From positions 69,252 through 133,251 of the forward strand of contig JAFVWM010000038.1 of the NCBI GenBank assembly GCA_017501665.1: a stretch of 64,000 nucleotides of DNA, given 5' to 3'. The stretch's first letter is position 1, and every line of letters begins with the position of its first letter. Positions 20,770 to 31,093 of the stretch are shown piece after piece. The position numbers and the translations under genes were made by a program. The stretch is from Alphaproteobacteria bacterium (GTDB lineage: Bacteria > Pseudomonadota > Alphaproteobacteria > RF32 > CAG-239). The notes under the pieces are model-generated. The model searched no databases. It was not told the DNA's origin and saw nothing but the letters and a program-made list of their open reading frames with translations.

Positions 20770-21144
20770 ATGGCTGATAAAGAACCGTCTCAAAGACAGC
20801 TTCGTGTTGCTCAAGAAATCAGAAAAATTATTGCCCAGTTTATTGATAGAGGTGAAGTCCGTAATCTGGAAGGATTGAACACGTTGGTTACGGTTACAAA
20901 AGTTACGGTTTCGCCGGATTTAAAATATTGTACGGTTTGGTTTATTGCTTCTAATAATGATATTGTACAAGAAGTTTTGGGCGGGTTGCAGTTGGCGGCA
21001 AACTATTTTAGAAAACAAGTTGCGCAAAAAACTTCTTTGCGTTATGTGCCGGAAATAAATTTCAGAGTCGACAAATCTTTTGAAGAAGTCGATAAAATTG
21101 AAAAGTTGCTTCATGATCCTCATGTTGCTCAAGATTTGAAATAA
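20770..21144 (+). CDS. rbfA: Ribosome-binding factor A.
   Basis: 'RQLRVAQEIRKIIAQFI' is typical of RbfA. The ATG at 20770 is preceded by 'aggag'. The ORF track starts earlier, at 20713. Confidence 0.85.
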   Translation: MADKEPSQRQLRVAQEIRKIIAQFIDRGEVRNLEGLNTLVTVTKVTVSPDLKYCTVWFIASNNDIVQEVLGGLQLAANYFRKQVAQKTSLRYVPEINFRVDKSFEEVDKIEKLLHDPHVAQDLK

Positions 21145-21145
21145 A

Positions 21146-21180
21146 AAATAAAGGCTTTGAAAAATCAAAGCCTTTTTTGT
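21146..21180. terminator. Bidirectional terminator between rbfA and fabG.
   Basis: 'aaaggctttg-aaaaat-caaagccttttttg'. Confidence 0.6.
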
Positions 21181-21195
21181 GATTGTTTGTCGTAA

Positions 21196-21933
21196 TTAAA
21201 TCATAGCCATTCCGCCGTTGATGTTGATTGTTTGACCGGTGATGTATTGTGATTCATCAGAGGCAAGGAAAGCAACAACGTTGGCAATATCTTGAGCTTC
21301 GCCAAGTTTACCTTCGGGAATTTTGGCTAAAAGAGCTGATTTTACATCTTCGGGCAAAACGTCGGTCATAGGAGTACGAATGAAGCCCGGTGCAATAGAA
21401 TTTACGGTAATACCGCGAGAAGCAACTTCTTGAGCTAAGCATTTGTTCATGGCAATCATACCACCTTTTGAGGCGGCATAGTTGGCTTGACCGGGGTTAC
21501 CCATAACACCTACAACGGAAGCAATACCGATAATGCGTCCGAAACGGCGTTTCATCATTCCTCTGATTACCCCGCGTGCTAATTTGAAGCCGGCGGTAAG
21601 GTTTACATCTAAGACCAATTGCCATTCATCATCGCTCATGCGCATAAACAAGTTGTCGCGGGTAAGACCGGCATTGTTTACCAAAATGTCGATTTGACCG
21701 AATTTTGCTTCAACATCGGAAACAAGTTGTTTAATAGCTTCGGCATCGGAAAGATTGGCTAAAAATACTTCAACATCGCCACCTAATTCGGCTTTTAATT
21801 TTTCCATTGGTTCGGCACGCATATCGGTTAGGGCAAGCTTTGCACCTTGAGCATGAAGAGTGCGAGCTATTTTGTCACCAAGTCCGCCGGCAGCTCCGGT
21901 AATTAAAGCAACTTTTCCATCTAATCTGAACAT
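21196..21933 (-). CDS. fabG: 3-oxoacyl-ACP reductase.
   Basis: SDR motifs 'ALITGAAGGLG', 'NNAG' and 'YAASKGG'. Confidence 0.85.
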   Translation of the reverse strand: MFRLDGKVALITGAAGGLGDKIARTLHAQGAKLALTDMRAEPMEKLKAELGGDVEVFLANLSDAEAIKQLVSDVEAKFGQIDILVNNAGLTRDNLFMRMSDDEWQLVLDVNLTAGFKLARGVIRGMMKRRFGRIIGIASVVGVMGNPGQANYAASKGGMIAMNKCLAQEVASRGITVNSIAPGFIRTPMTDVLPEDVKSALLAKIPEGKLGEAQDIANVVAFLASDESQYITGQTININGGMAMI

Positions 21934-22089
21934 ATGTTTTTCCTTTTTATAAGTTTTTGACTGAATTTAAATTGATTTATGTATTAAAAAAAGTCAAGTA
22001 TTTTGCTTTAGTTATAAAATAATTAAGGGATTTTTGATAATTTGGTTTTATAATTTGGACGAATTGAATTTTAATCAAAAGAGAAAAAA

Positions 22090-24363
22090 ATGGCAAAGAG
22101 AAAAAAACAAAAATCGCTGGTGGCAAAATTTGCAGTACTCGGTTTCGGGATGGCGTTTATTTGTGTCGGTATTGCAATGTTGTTGGCTTGTGTTTCTTAT
22201 AATCCCTACGATAGCGGGTATAACAATGCTAATTCGCGCGAAATAAGTAATTGGTTAGGTGCCTTTGGAGCTTATAATGCTTCGTGGATTTTAGGATGGT
22301 TCGGCTTAGCTTTGCCTATTTTTCTGGTTGCTCCGATTATTTGGGGGTATGAAATTGTCAGATATAAAATGTTTATGCAGTCTTGGGGCCGAATAACGGC
22401 TTTTGTTTGCGGTAGTGTTTTTTTTGCTATTTTTTTGAATTTGTGTTTCGGAAGGGTTGGAATATTTGATGTCGGTGGAGATATAGGCGTATTTTTTTCG
22501 CGCAACATTTTAACGGTTATGAATAAGATGATAAATTTTGCTTATAACTTATATCTCTTAATTTTTATGTGTTTTGTGCTGAGTTTTATTTCGTTTAACT
22601 ATGCTTGCGGAATTACTTTTGGCGCATGGGGAAAGCTGATTAAGAAAATAGTGATATCAGTTGTTTTTGTTTTGAATTTTTTGATTGCAAAAATAAAGGG
22701 TTTTTGGAAATTTTTAGGAAGCAAAAAAAACAATAAAAAAACTCAGCACCCGCAAAGAGTTAAAAAAGAACCCAAACTTAGGGACGATAAATCCGTAAAA
22801 GCACAACCAACTGCGGAAACTATTAAAATAACCAAACAGATAAAGAAAATTGATGATGGTTATGAACTTCCGGATATTGAGCTTTTGTCGGTCGCTAAAG
22901 ATAAAAATACTAATCATATAAGTCAAAAAGAATTGGATAAAATTGCTTCTAAATTGGAAGAGGTTTTGCAAGAGTTTGGTGTTATAGGTAAAATTGTACA
23001 AATCAGACCGGGACCGGTGGTTACTTTATACGAACTTGAACCGGCTCCGGGGACTAAGATGGCAAGAGTTATCGGATTGTCTGATGATATTGCTCGTTCG
23101 ATGAGTGCTGTTTCAGTGCGTATTGCTGTTGTTCCGGGGTCTAATACAATCGGTATTGAAATGCCGAATCCGACACGTGAAATTGTTTATTTGCGGGAGC
23201 TTTTGGAAAGCGAAGAGTTTAGAACATCTAAGGCTAATCTTACTATCAGTTTGGGTAAGGATATCGGAGGTAAAAATACATATGCCGACTTGGCTAAAAT
23301 GCCTCACTTGTTGGTTGCCGGTACTACCGGTTCGGGTAAGTCGGTGGGTGTAAACTCAATGATTATCTCGCTTCTTTATAAAATGCGTCCCGAAGAATGT
23401 AAGCTTATTATGATAGATCCGAAAATGCTTGAATTTACCATGTATAACGGAATTCCACATTTGTTGACACCGGTTATTACTGATCCGGCTAAGGCTGTTA
23501 TCGGGTTAAAATGGGCTGTTAAGGAAATGGAAGACAGGTATAGAGCTATGGCTCAGCTCAATGTCAGAAATATTATCGGATATAATCAAAGATTGGAAGA
23601 ATTGCGCGAAAGTGGTGAAAAGATATCGAGAAAAGTTCAAACAGGATTTGAGCCGGAAACCGGACGACCGATATATGAAGAACAAGAGTTGGATTTAACA
23701 CCGATGCCATATATTGTGATTGTTGTTGATGAAATGGCTGATCTGATGTTGGTAGCAGGTAAGGATGTAGAAGCCGCAATTCAGAGACTTGCGCAAATGG
23801 CTCGTGCTGCGGGTATTCACCTTATTATGTCAACGCAAAGACCATCGGTTGATGTTATTACCGGTACAATTAAAGCAAACTTTCCAACCAGAATTAGCTA
23901 TCAGGTTACTTCTAAAATTGATAGCCGAACTATTTTGGGCGAACAAGGCGCTGAGCAATTACTTGGTATGGGCGATATGTTGTATATGCCGGCAGGTCAA
24001 CGCCCGAGACGTGTTCATGCTCCGTTTGTAAAAGACAGTGAAGTAGAGAAAATTGTCGAGTTTTTGAAAAATCAAAGACAACCTGAATATGTTGAGGCAG
24101 TCACGGAAGGAGAACTAAGTGATGGAAAAGCTTCCGGCGGAGGTGCTGTTTTTGATAATACCTCTATGGGCGGTGGTTCAAGTGATGAAGATTTGTATAA
24201 TCAGGCCGTTGAAATTGTGCGAACCGATAAAAAGGCCTCTATTTCATATATCCAAAGACGCTTGCGTATTGGGTATAATCGAGCTGCTTCTATTATTGAG
24301 AGAATGGAAGATGAGGGTGTCGTTTCAAAAACCGATCATGTCGGAAGACGTGAAGTTTTATAG
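22090..24363 (+). CDS. ftsK: DNA translocase FtsK.
   Basis: N-terminal TM domain, Walker A 'GTTGSGKS', and a C-terminal gamma wHTH ('YNQAVEIV...ASISYIQRRLRIGYNRAASIIE'). Confidence 0.95.
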   Translation: MAKRKKQKSLVAKFAVLGFGMAFICVGIAMLLACVSYNPYDSGYNNANSREISNWLGAFGAYNASWILGWFGLALPIFLVAPIIWGYEIVRYKMFMQSWGRITAFVCGSVFFAIFLNLCFGRVGIFDVGGDIGVFFSRNILTVMNKMINFAYNLYLLIFMCFVLSFISFNYACGITFGAWGKLIKKIVISVVFVLNFLIAKIKGFWKFLGSKKNNKKTQHPQRVKKEPKLRDDKSVKAQPTAETIKITKQIKKIDDGYELPDIELLSVAKDKNTNHISQKELDKIASKLEEVLQEFGVIGKIVQIRPGPVVTLYELEPAPGTKMARVIGLSDDIARSMSAVSVRIAVVPGSNTIGIEMPNPTREIVYLRELLESEEFRTSKANLTISLGKDIGGKNTYADLAKMPHLLVAGTTGSGKSVGVNSMIISLLYKMRPEECKLIMIDPKMLEFTMYNGIPHLLTPVITDPAKAVIGLKWAVKEMEDRYRAMAQLNVRNIIGYNQRLEELRESGEKISRKVQTGFEPETGRPIYEEQELDLTPMPYIVIVVDEMADLMLVAGKDVEAAIQRLAQMARAAGIHLIMSTQRPSVDVITGTIKANFPTRISYQVTSKIDSRTILGEQGAEQLLGMGDMLYMPAGQRPRRVHAPFVKDSEVEKIVEFLKNQRQPEYVEAVTEGELSDGKASGGGAVFDNTSMGGGSSDEDLYNQAVEIVRTDKKASISYIQRRLRIGYNRAASIIERMEDEGVVSKTDHVGRREVL

Positions 24364-25068
24364 ATTGATAAATTCTTCTAAGCTGTTTGCTTGTAAGTAA
24401 GGGTTGCAAAGTTTTTCTTCACCTAGTGAAACAGGAAAAACATGATGTAGTGTTTCTAAGTTTGATTTGGCTTTGTTTAGATATTTTATGATATTTTCGT
24501 TGCCTTGATTGTGTCGGTAAGCAAAGTTGGCGGCAGAGAAAGTATATTCGTGTCCGGGGTAGAACAAAACATCATCAGGTAAAGATTTTATTTTTAAAAG
24601 AGCTTCAAACATTTGTTTCGGCGTTCCTTCAAAAATTCCTCCGATGCAGAGGTTAAAAAGTGTATCACCGGTAAAAAGAGTTTTGTCCTTTTCAAAATAG
24701 TATAGGATATGTCCTTGGGTGTGGGCAGAAACATCAATAATTCGGGCAACAGAATCGCCAAGGCTAAATGTTTGCCCGTCTTCGATAAATATTTCTGCTC
24801 CTTCAATGCGATGTTTGTCGGCTTTGTTGCAGACAATTTTGGCATTATATTTTTTTGCTAATTCAATGTTGCCGTCAGTATGATCAAAATGATGATGAGT
24901 ATTTAAGATATATTGAGGTTTTATGCCAAGTTTATTGCATTTTTCCATGATGGGCTGTGCTTCTGACGGGTCAATAACGGCTGAAATGTTCGTTTCGGTG
25001 TCGGTTATGATGTATGAGTAGTTATTCATAGATCCGGCGCGACAAAGAGTGTAGTCTATTTTTAGCAT
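24358..25068 (-). CDS. gloB: Hydroxyacylglutathione hydrolase (MBL fold, glyoxalase II).
   Basis: 'THHHFDHTDGN' is the metallo-beta-lactamase HxHxDH motif. Confidence 0.8.
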   Translation of the reverse strand: MLKIDYTLCRAGSMNNYSYIITDTETNISAVIDPSEAQPIMEKCNKLGIKPQYILNTHHHFDHTDGNIELAKKYNAKIVCNKADKHRIEGAEIFIEDGQTFSLGDSVARIIDVSAHTQGHILYYFEKDKTLFTGDTLFNLCIGGIFEGTPKQMFEALLKIKSLPDDVLFYPGHEYTFSAANFAYRHNQGNENIIKYLNKAKSNLETLHHVFPVSLGEEKLCNPYLQANSLEEFINL

Positions 25069-25231
25069 TTATAAAATCTCCTCAATATTTAACCCATCTG
25101 TTTGTTAAGCGTGAAGATATTCTTTGGCATAATTAATATATATGTTATTTTTTAATATGTCGGTCAAAACGAATTACCTGCTTGAAAAGTTGATAACAAT
25201 TGTTGTGTAAGATATATAAAAAAACAGATTG

Positions 25232-26338
25232 TTAGCTGATCTTTGATATCAAATAATTAATATCATCTTGGCTGAGATCTTCGTTGTCTTTTATATAGCT
25301 TAAAATTCGTTCTATAACCTTGTGAGCGAAAACTTTTCTGTTTGAACGTCCGCAGTCAAATCGGATTTCACGAATAATTTTCAGTGCAGAAAAAATTGCC
25401 GGAAACATAGATTTCGGTATAAATGCTTTGCGAAGAAGGTTTCGAACCATAAAGTCAGCCTGATTGTTGAATAATATTTTGCGGACCTCGGCTATCGGAG
25501 TTTCTGATAAATAAACAAGTGCATATTCAAAAAAACTGAGATCGCCGAGACAAATAGCTCTGGTTATAAGTCCCGATGTCAGGCGGTTGGCTTTATATAA
25601 TTGATGAACTAAGTCCTCTATTTGTTTATCTGTTGAAAGATCTTCAGAAAGATCCAAGGTTATTTTTTCTTTAATATCTTCTACCAAATTAGAAGCCATA
25701 TTTTTTGGCAGATGATGGTTTAGAATAAGGTGATTTTTTAATTTGTATGATATTTTGTCGATAATCTTTTCGATGACTGATATGGGAAGTTCGGAACGAT
25801 ATATCATATTAGTTTTTATGGTTTCATCTTGAGAATATTTATCGATAATTGTATTAAAGGTTTTTTCTTCTATGTCGGCACTTTCGTTTGATATCAGTGT
25901 GGCGACTATGTCAGAAGGGCAGGTGTTTGTTATATAATCGGATAAATCGGAAGAAACATTTTTTCGCAAAGCAACAGCCTTTTGGCGAGCTTTTTTTTGG
26001 GAATCTATTATTTCTATTAAATCTTCATCAGTTAACGACGAATAATATTGAATGAAGGGAATTGCAATAATATCTGCATCTTTTAATATTGCATCGACGA
26101 CATCTTTAGGTAGGTTGGAGCAATTTTTAAGACAGTTTGACAGTGTTTCACGAACTTTTATTTCTGTATCTCTTATCATAATTCTGAAGATATCTTCGGC
26201 TAATTTTGCAGAAGCCGGAGTGATAATACTACTATTGTATAAGGAGCTGATTTTTTGTGCAATCAGGTTTTTATTTTCAACGGATGGATCGTTTGCCAAG
26301 TTGATAACATCTTGAGCATTTAAACTGTCTTCAATCAT
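25232..26338 (-). CDS. Hypothetical protein, possibly DUF2336-like.
   Basis: 368-aa ORF in an operon with the next three minus-strand genes; no catalytic motif recognised. Confidence 0.45.
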   Translation of the reverse strand: MIEDSLNAQDVINLANDPSVENKNLIAQKISSLYNSSIITPASAKLAEDIFRIMIRDTEIKVRETLSNCLKNCSNLPKDVVDAILKDADIIAIPFIQYYSSLTDEDLIEIIDSQKKARQKAVALRKNVSSDLSDYITNTCPSDIVATLISNESADIEEKTFNTIIDKYSQDETIKTNMIYRSELPISVIEKIIDKISYKLKNHLILNHHLPKNMASNLVEDIKEKITLDLSEDLSTDKQIEDLVHQLYKANRLTSGLITRAICLGDLSFFEYALVYLSETPIAEVRKILFNNQADFMVRNLLRKAFIPKSMFPAIFSALKIIREIRFDCGRSNRKVFAHKVIERILSYIKDNEDLSQDDINYLISKIS

Positions 26339-27293
26339 GTTTTTTTTCCTGTTTTTTATTTTTTACCGTATAAGGCTGATATTTCTTTATAATACTATCC
26401 GAGATTATCTTATCAGTTAAGATTGATTTGTCAATCTCAAGGAGCTCGTAATATGCAAGGGTATAATCAAAAATACCGGGGTAATTGTGAAGGTTTGAGC
26501 TTCCGAAAGTGTAGGGAGCAAGGATATGTCCGACCATGTTGTTGTTTAATTCTCTATATTCACGTCGTAAGTTGCGCAATTTTTCAAAACTTGGTGCAGA
26601 GTTTACTTTTAGTGCATAATCTTTGATCGAACTGTAAAGATCGGGGTATATTTTTATTCGATAGCTGTTATCTTCGTTTTCACCGATAGGTTTTAGGCCT
26701 TCGGTAGTGTGCCATTCCAAAATTTTGTATAAAGAGTTTCCTTCTTTAACAATTCGTGATGCTCCCCAGTTGGTTTCAATAATAGCTGCAGTAACGATTA
26801 TTGAAGGAGGTATTCTGTCAACTCGATTTTGCAATTCGGCCAGAAAATAGTTGTGTCGGATGTCATCATTAAATGTTGTGAAAAGGTCGTATTCTTTAGC
26901 AAGCTTTTCTAAATAATCGATATCTTGTTTGGAAAAATTTTTACCTTCGTCTATTTTTTCTTGAAGTTTAAGCAGTTTTTTTCGCTCGATCATAATATCT
27001 TCGTTAAGTTTTAGAGCCAAAGGAATTAATATTTTTAAGAATAGATTATTGCGTTTGGTTTCGTCGGTAATTTTTTCAAAACCGAGAGGAATATTTTTTA
27101 AGAAAATACGAGGGTACTTCCTATCATCTAATAACAGGTGATCTTTAGGGTATCCTGCATAATTAACCTCTTTGTATAAGGCTTCCAATTTTGCTAAGGG
27201 GATGTTTTTAAGCCATAAATCCTGAGCTTTTGTCTTTGTGGGCAAAAGTATTAAAAGGGTGATAAAAATAAGTGTTTTAGTCAGAGCTTTCAT
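26331..27293 (-). CDS. Secreted glucosaminidase-domain protein (Bax / FlgJ-C-like).
   Basis: Signal peptide 'MKALTKTLIFITLLILLPTKTKA'. 'VTAAIIETNWGASRIVKEGNSLYKI' resembles the mannosyl-glycoprotein endo-beta-N-acetylglucosaminidase domain. Confidence 0.55.
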   Translation of the reverse strand: MKALTKTLIFITLLILLPTKTKAQDLWLKNIPLAKLEALYKEVNYAGYPKDHLLLDDRKYPRIFLKNIPLGFEKITDETKRNNLFLKILIPLALKLNEDIMIERKKLLKLQEKIDEGKNFSKQDIDYLEKLAKEYDLFTTFNDDIRHNYFLAELQNRVDRIPPSIIVTAAIIETNWGASRIVKEGNSLYKILEWHTTEGLKPIGENEDNSYRIKIYPDLYSSIKDYALKVNSAPSFEKLRNLRREYRELNNNMVGHILAPYTFGSSNLHNYPGIFDYTLAYYELLEIDKSILTDKIISDSIIKKYQPYTVKNKKQEKKHD

Positions 27294-27816
27294 CGATGTT
27301 TCTGACTTCCTTAACTTCTGAGATATAGGTTTTTAATATACGTTCCACGCCGTCTTTTAAGGTGCGCATAGCATAAGGGCAACCTTTACAAGCACCTTGC
27401 ATTTCAACCAAGACAATTCCGTTTTCAAAGCTAATGAATTTGATATCACCGCCGTCTTTTTTTACAGCGGGGCGAATACGAGCATTGAGCAGTGCTTTTA
27501 TTTGACTTTCGACGTTGTCGGGTTCGTTGTTATCGGTAATAATTTCTTCGCCGGTTGATAAGTAGTCCATAAGTTCTGCCATAATAAGAGGTTTTATTTC
27601 GTCCCATGAAGCTGTTTCTTGTTTGGTGACGGAAACCATATCGGCGGTTATGAATAATGAGACAATACCGCCAATATCAAAAATTTGTTCGGCCAAAGGA
27701 GATTTACGAATGGATTTGGCGTCCACAAATTCGGCTGAACCTTGCTTTAGCAGTGGTTGAGGCGGAAAAAAGTTGATTACGTCAGAATCGGGGGTTTCTT
27801 GAATCTCTATCATCAT
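27277..27816 (-). CDS. nfuA: Nfu/NifU-family Fe-S cluster biogenesis protein (Nfu_N plus NifU C-terminal domain).
   Basis: 'GACKGCPYAMRTLKDGVERIL' is the CxxC Nfu motif. Confidence 0.8.
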   Translation of the reverse strand: MMIEIQETPDSDVINFFPPQPLLKQGSAEFVDAKSIRKSPLAEQIFDIGGIVSLFITADMVSVTKQETASWDEIKPLIMAELMDYLSTGEEIITDNNEPDNVESQIKALLNARIRPAVKKDGGDIKFISFENGIVLVEMQGACKGCPYAMRTLKDGVERILKTYISEVKEVRNIDESSD

Positions 27817-28982
27817 TATTTTGTATCCGTTAAATTAGTGAGTTTAATTATTATGTTATTTATGTGGTCCAAAGATCGTGATGCCAAGCTGTTGAGTGTA
27901 ATAAGGTGGTTTGGCGCAAAAGACGAATCGGGTGAAGCGTTGCGAATAATCATAGGTTCATAAGTTCCGCCTTCGTTGAGGACACTAAGCATAGAAGTCC
28001 ATTGTTGATAAATGTCGTAGCGGATCATAGTGTCTTTAAAGTCCAAACCCAAATCACGAAAAATTTGTGAATATGCATATAGTTTGCCTTTTTCGAAATA
28101 AAATACCGTATCTGCCGAAAAATCTATGAAGGAAAGACTTTCTTCTCTGATATGATTTTCGGTTTTACCGATAGTATTTTCAAGATCTTTTTTTATAATC
28201 AACATCATCAGCAAAAGGTTTTGCGGTGTACGATCTAAAACCGCATTGCCCGAAGCTATTTCCTGATTGAAGATATTATAATTTTTGCGAGCCTTTTTAT
28301 ATTGGGTATTTGATGATGTAACCGGCAAAAGTTTATTTTGCGGTGAAAACAGCCAAATGTCAGGGGGGTATTGTAAAAGTTTTGTACCTTCAGTGCGGGA
28401 ATTGCGCGCTGTGTCCGATGCTTTGCTTAACGGCAATGTATCTATGGCTCTGGCCATTTGTGAAACAGCAGACATTATACCGGTTTGGAATGCAGGCATA
28501 TTATCCAAAACATATGAGGGGAATAAAAACGGCAGGTTCGGGGTCCATAATTTGTGATGAACTTCGCGATTTATAAGATGACTCATAGTATCGACCGAAG
28601 CCAATCTCCCATCAGATGTCTGAGGGTGAAAATCGCTAGATGTATCAATGTCATTGATAATTAAACTGCCGATAGGATAATAAAGAAAGATTATGCAAAA
28701 CAAGACAATGATAACAACCTGCCACCAAGAAGTAATTTTTGATTTTAGGAAGGATATAACGGGCGTATATAAATTCTTTATTGTTTCAGTGCATTTTTTT
28801 ATATAAGGCGATATTCTACCAAAAAAAGGTTGTGCTTTTTTTATATAAAAATGCATCTTTTTAGCGAAAAGCTTATGTTTTTTTAAGAAAAGATCACGTT
28901 TTTTTATCAGTTGTTCAAATTTTTTACTTTTGAATAAACTCTCACGTTTTTTTACCAGTTGTTCAAATTTTTCCAGTGGCAT
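27816..28982 (-). CDS. Hypothetical membrane-anchored protein, possibly DUF2333-like.
   Basis: Lys-rich N-terminus encoded by a ~45-nt internal tandem duplication (about 28890-28980), then one TM helix ('WWQVVIIVLFCIIFLYY'), then a large soluble domain. Confidence 0.45.
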   Translation of the reverse strand: MPLEKFEQLVKKRESLFKSKKFEQLIKKRDLFLKKHKLFAKKMHFYIKKAQPFFGRISPYIKKCTETIKNLYTPVISFLKSKITSWWQVVIIVLFCIIFLYYPIGSLIINDIDTSSDFHPQTSDGRLASVDTMSHLINREVHHKLWTPNLPFLFPSYVLDNMPAFQTGIMSAVSQMARAIDTLPLSKASDTARNSRTEGTKLLQYPPDIWLFSPQNKLLPVTSSNTQYKKARKNYNIFNQEIASGNAVLDRTPQNLLLMMLIIKKDLENTIGKTENHIREESLSFIDFSADTVFYFEKGKLYAYSQIFRDLGLDFKDTMIRYDIYQQWTSMLSVLNEGGTYEPMIIRNASPDSSFAPNHLITLNSLASRSLDHINNIIIKLTNLTDTK

Positions 28983-30558
28983 CAGATAATTCCTTTTTTA
29001 ACAAATGCGCCATGATTTCTTTTATATTTAGTACACCTGTAAGCTTAGCACATAAAACGAAGGTTACAAGAGCAAAAATACAAATAATTGCGAATATGGC
29101 GAGTTTTGGTAAAATAGTTAAATGTAACCAGTCGGTAAAATGTAAATTTAGGGCATATTGCATAAAATATATTACCAAACTCATAATAAGTGAACATATA
29201 CAAATTTTTATAACTTTTATGCTCAACTCTTTGGAACAAGACCAAAACTTGCGTTTTTTAAGACCGCGCATATATTGAAAAAGTGATACAAAAGCCGAAA
29301 CGGTTGTGGCTGTGGCAATTCCGACGTGTCCGAAAGGTTTCATTAAAAGGACTGCAAAGACAAGGTTTGTGGCTAAAACAACCATACTGTATTTTACCGG
29401 AGTTTTGGTGTCGCCACGTGCAAAAAAGTTTGGAGTTAGGGATTTTACCAAAACATATGCCGGTAAGCCGATGGCATAAACGACAACCGCTTTTGCGGTC
29501 ATAATTGTTTCTTGGTATCCGAATTTGCCGTGTTGGAACAAAATGTTGATTATCGGAGTGGCTAAAGTTATGAGGGCACAGGCGGCAGGAATTGATAAAA
29601 GCGCGCCATATTCAAAAGCTTTGTTTTGAACTTCGAAAGCTTCTTTGGTTTTGTTTGAGCTGATGTGGCGAGATAATATCGGTAATACGGCAACCGAAAT
29701 GGCGGCTCCGACCACTCCGAGAGGTAATTGTTGTAAGCGGTTGGCATAATAGAGCCAAGAAATTGCGCCGGTTCCGACTAAAGAGACCAAAATGGTGTCC
29801 ACGACCATATTGATTTGATAAATTCCGGCGCCTAATACTCCCGGAGCAATACGCTTGAACAGTGTCTTTATTTCAGCATCTTTAAGAATTTGAAAAATTT
29901 TGAATTGAGGTTTTATATATACTTGTTGGCGGTGTAAGAAGAACATAAGCCACAAAATTTCGATAAAACCAGCGGTAGTAATACCTATGGCGATACCGTG
30001 AGCAGGCGAAGGGGCAAAAGGTACAAAGATGACAATAGAAAGTATCATCATCAGGTTTAAAATTACCGGTGCTGCGGCAGGGGCGGCAAATTTGTTTAAC
30101 GAATTTAAGATGCCTGATTGGAACGAAACTATTGAGATAAACAGCAAAAACGGAAAAGTTATACGAGAAAGCTCTATTGCCAGAGATATTTTTTCGGGAT
30201 TGTCAGCGAATCCGGGTGCGAGAATAGCCACCACCCAAGGCATAAGATATTCGACCAAAACAACAAAGAGTCCTACAAAAAAAGCGAGTACCGAAATAGC
30301 TTTGGCAGCAAATAAGACCGCTTGTTTTTTATCTTCACAGACTAATTTTTGCGACAGCATGGGAACAAAAGCGGTGGTAAAAGCACCTTCGGCAAAAAGC
30401 GAGCGAAACAGATTGGGGAGTTTAAATGCTACAAAAAAGGCATCGGATACCAGACCGGCGCCTAAAAAGTTGGCCAAAATCATATCACGAAAGAAGCCGG
30501 TTATGCGTGACAAAAGGGTAAAACCACCAAAAGTGGCAATAGATTTGAATAAATTCAT
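28963..30558 (-). CDS. murJ: Lipid II flippase MurJ (MviN).
   Basis: 531 aa with about 14 TM helices; N-terminal 'GGFTLLSRITGFFRDMILANFLGAG' is characteristic of MurJ. Confidence 0.9.
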   Translation of the reverse strand: MNLFKSIATFGGFTLLSRITGFFRDMILANFLGAGLVSDAFFVAFKLPNLFRSLFAEGAFTTAFVPMLSQKLVCEDKKQAVLFAAKAISVLAFFVGLFVVLVEYLMPWVVAILAPGFADNPEKISLAIELSRITFPFLLFISIVSFQSGILNSLNKFAAPAAAPVILNLMMILSIVIFVPFAPSPAHGIAIGITTAGFIEILWLMFFLHRQQVYIKPQFKIFQILKDAEIKTLFKRIAPGVLGAGIYQINMVVDTILVSLVGTGAISWLYYANRLQQLPLGVVGAAISVAVLPILSRHISSNKTKEAFEVQNKAFEYGALLSIPAACALITLATPIINILFQHGKFGYQETIMTAKAVVVYAIGLPAYVLVKSLTPNFFARGDTKTPVKYSMVVLATNLVFAVLLMKPFGHVGIATATTVSAFVSLFQYMRGLKKRKFWSCSKELSIKVIKICICSLIMSLVIYFMQYALNLHFTDWLHLTILPKLAIFAIICIFALVTFVLCAKLTGVLNIKEIMAHLLKKELSDATGKI

Positions 30559-30699
30559 TTTTTAGACGTCTTTTAATTTGTTGATATATATGAAAAGAGA
30601 TTATATATCATATTTTTCAGATTGAAACAAAAAATATAAGATATTGCATAAAAAGATATTGCGTGTTATAATAAAGAAAAGCCTTGCAAGGAGGGAGTT

Positions 30700-30966
30700 A
30701 TGACAAAAACAGTTAGTGACTTAAAAAAAGAATATACCATAGATTTGTCTTCGGGACAAACAGAATCGCTTAGGGGGGTAAATAATCCGCGCAAGGATAT
30801 TAAGGAGTTGAGAGCCGAGTTTCCTCACCTTCTCGCTAAGGACGATGTAAAAGATATGCCTTCTTATGCTTTGAATAGGTTTAATAAAAATTTGGATAAA
30901 GCGCTTAATAATAAGCCGGTAAATCCTTCGAATATTGTTGCAAGACAATCTCGATATGACAGATAA
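30700..30966 (+). CDS. Small hypothetical protein.
   Basis: Strong RBS 'aaggagggag' 5 nt upstream; 88 aa; no recognised domain. Confidence 0.45.
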   Translation: MTKTVSDLKKEYTIDLSSGQTESLRGVNNPRKDIKELRAEFPHLLAKDDVKDMPSYALNRFNKNLDKALNNKPVNPSNIVARQSRYDR

Positions 30967-31093
30967 AGTGTTTTTTTATCGCACAAATTTTGTGCATTTT
31001 AGAAAATTACGTTAATTTTATTTTATACAGCTTAAAAAATTATCATCAAAAGCATATATAAAAAGTCTCACATAAAAAACGAAAGGATAAGAG

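Noticed and set aside
22034-22246. 70-aa ORF overlapping the ftsK start
   Set aside because: It is in a different frame from ftsK, which has a clear start at 22090 and a long conserved product. This is an overlap artefact.
30029-30565. 178-aa plus-strand ORF
   Set aside because: It is fully antisense to murJ, which has a clear polytopic MurJ-like product.
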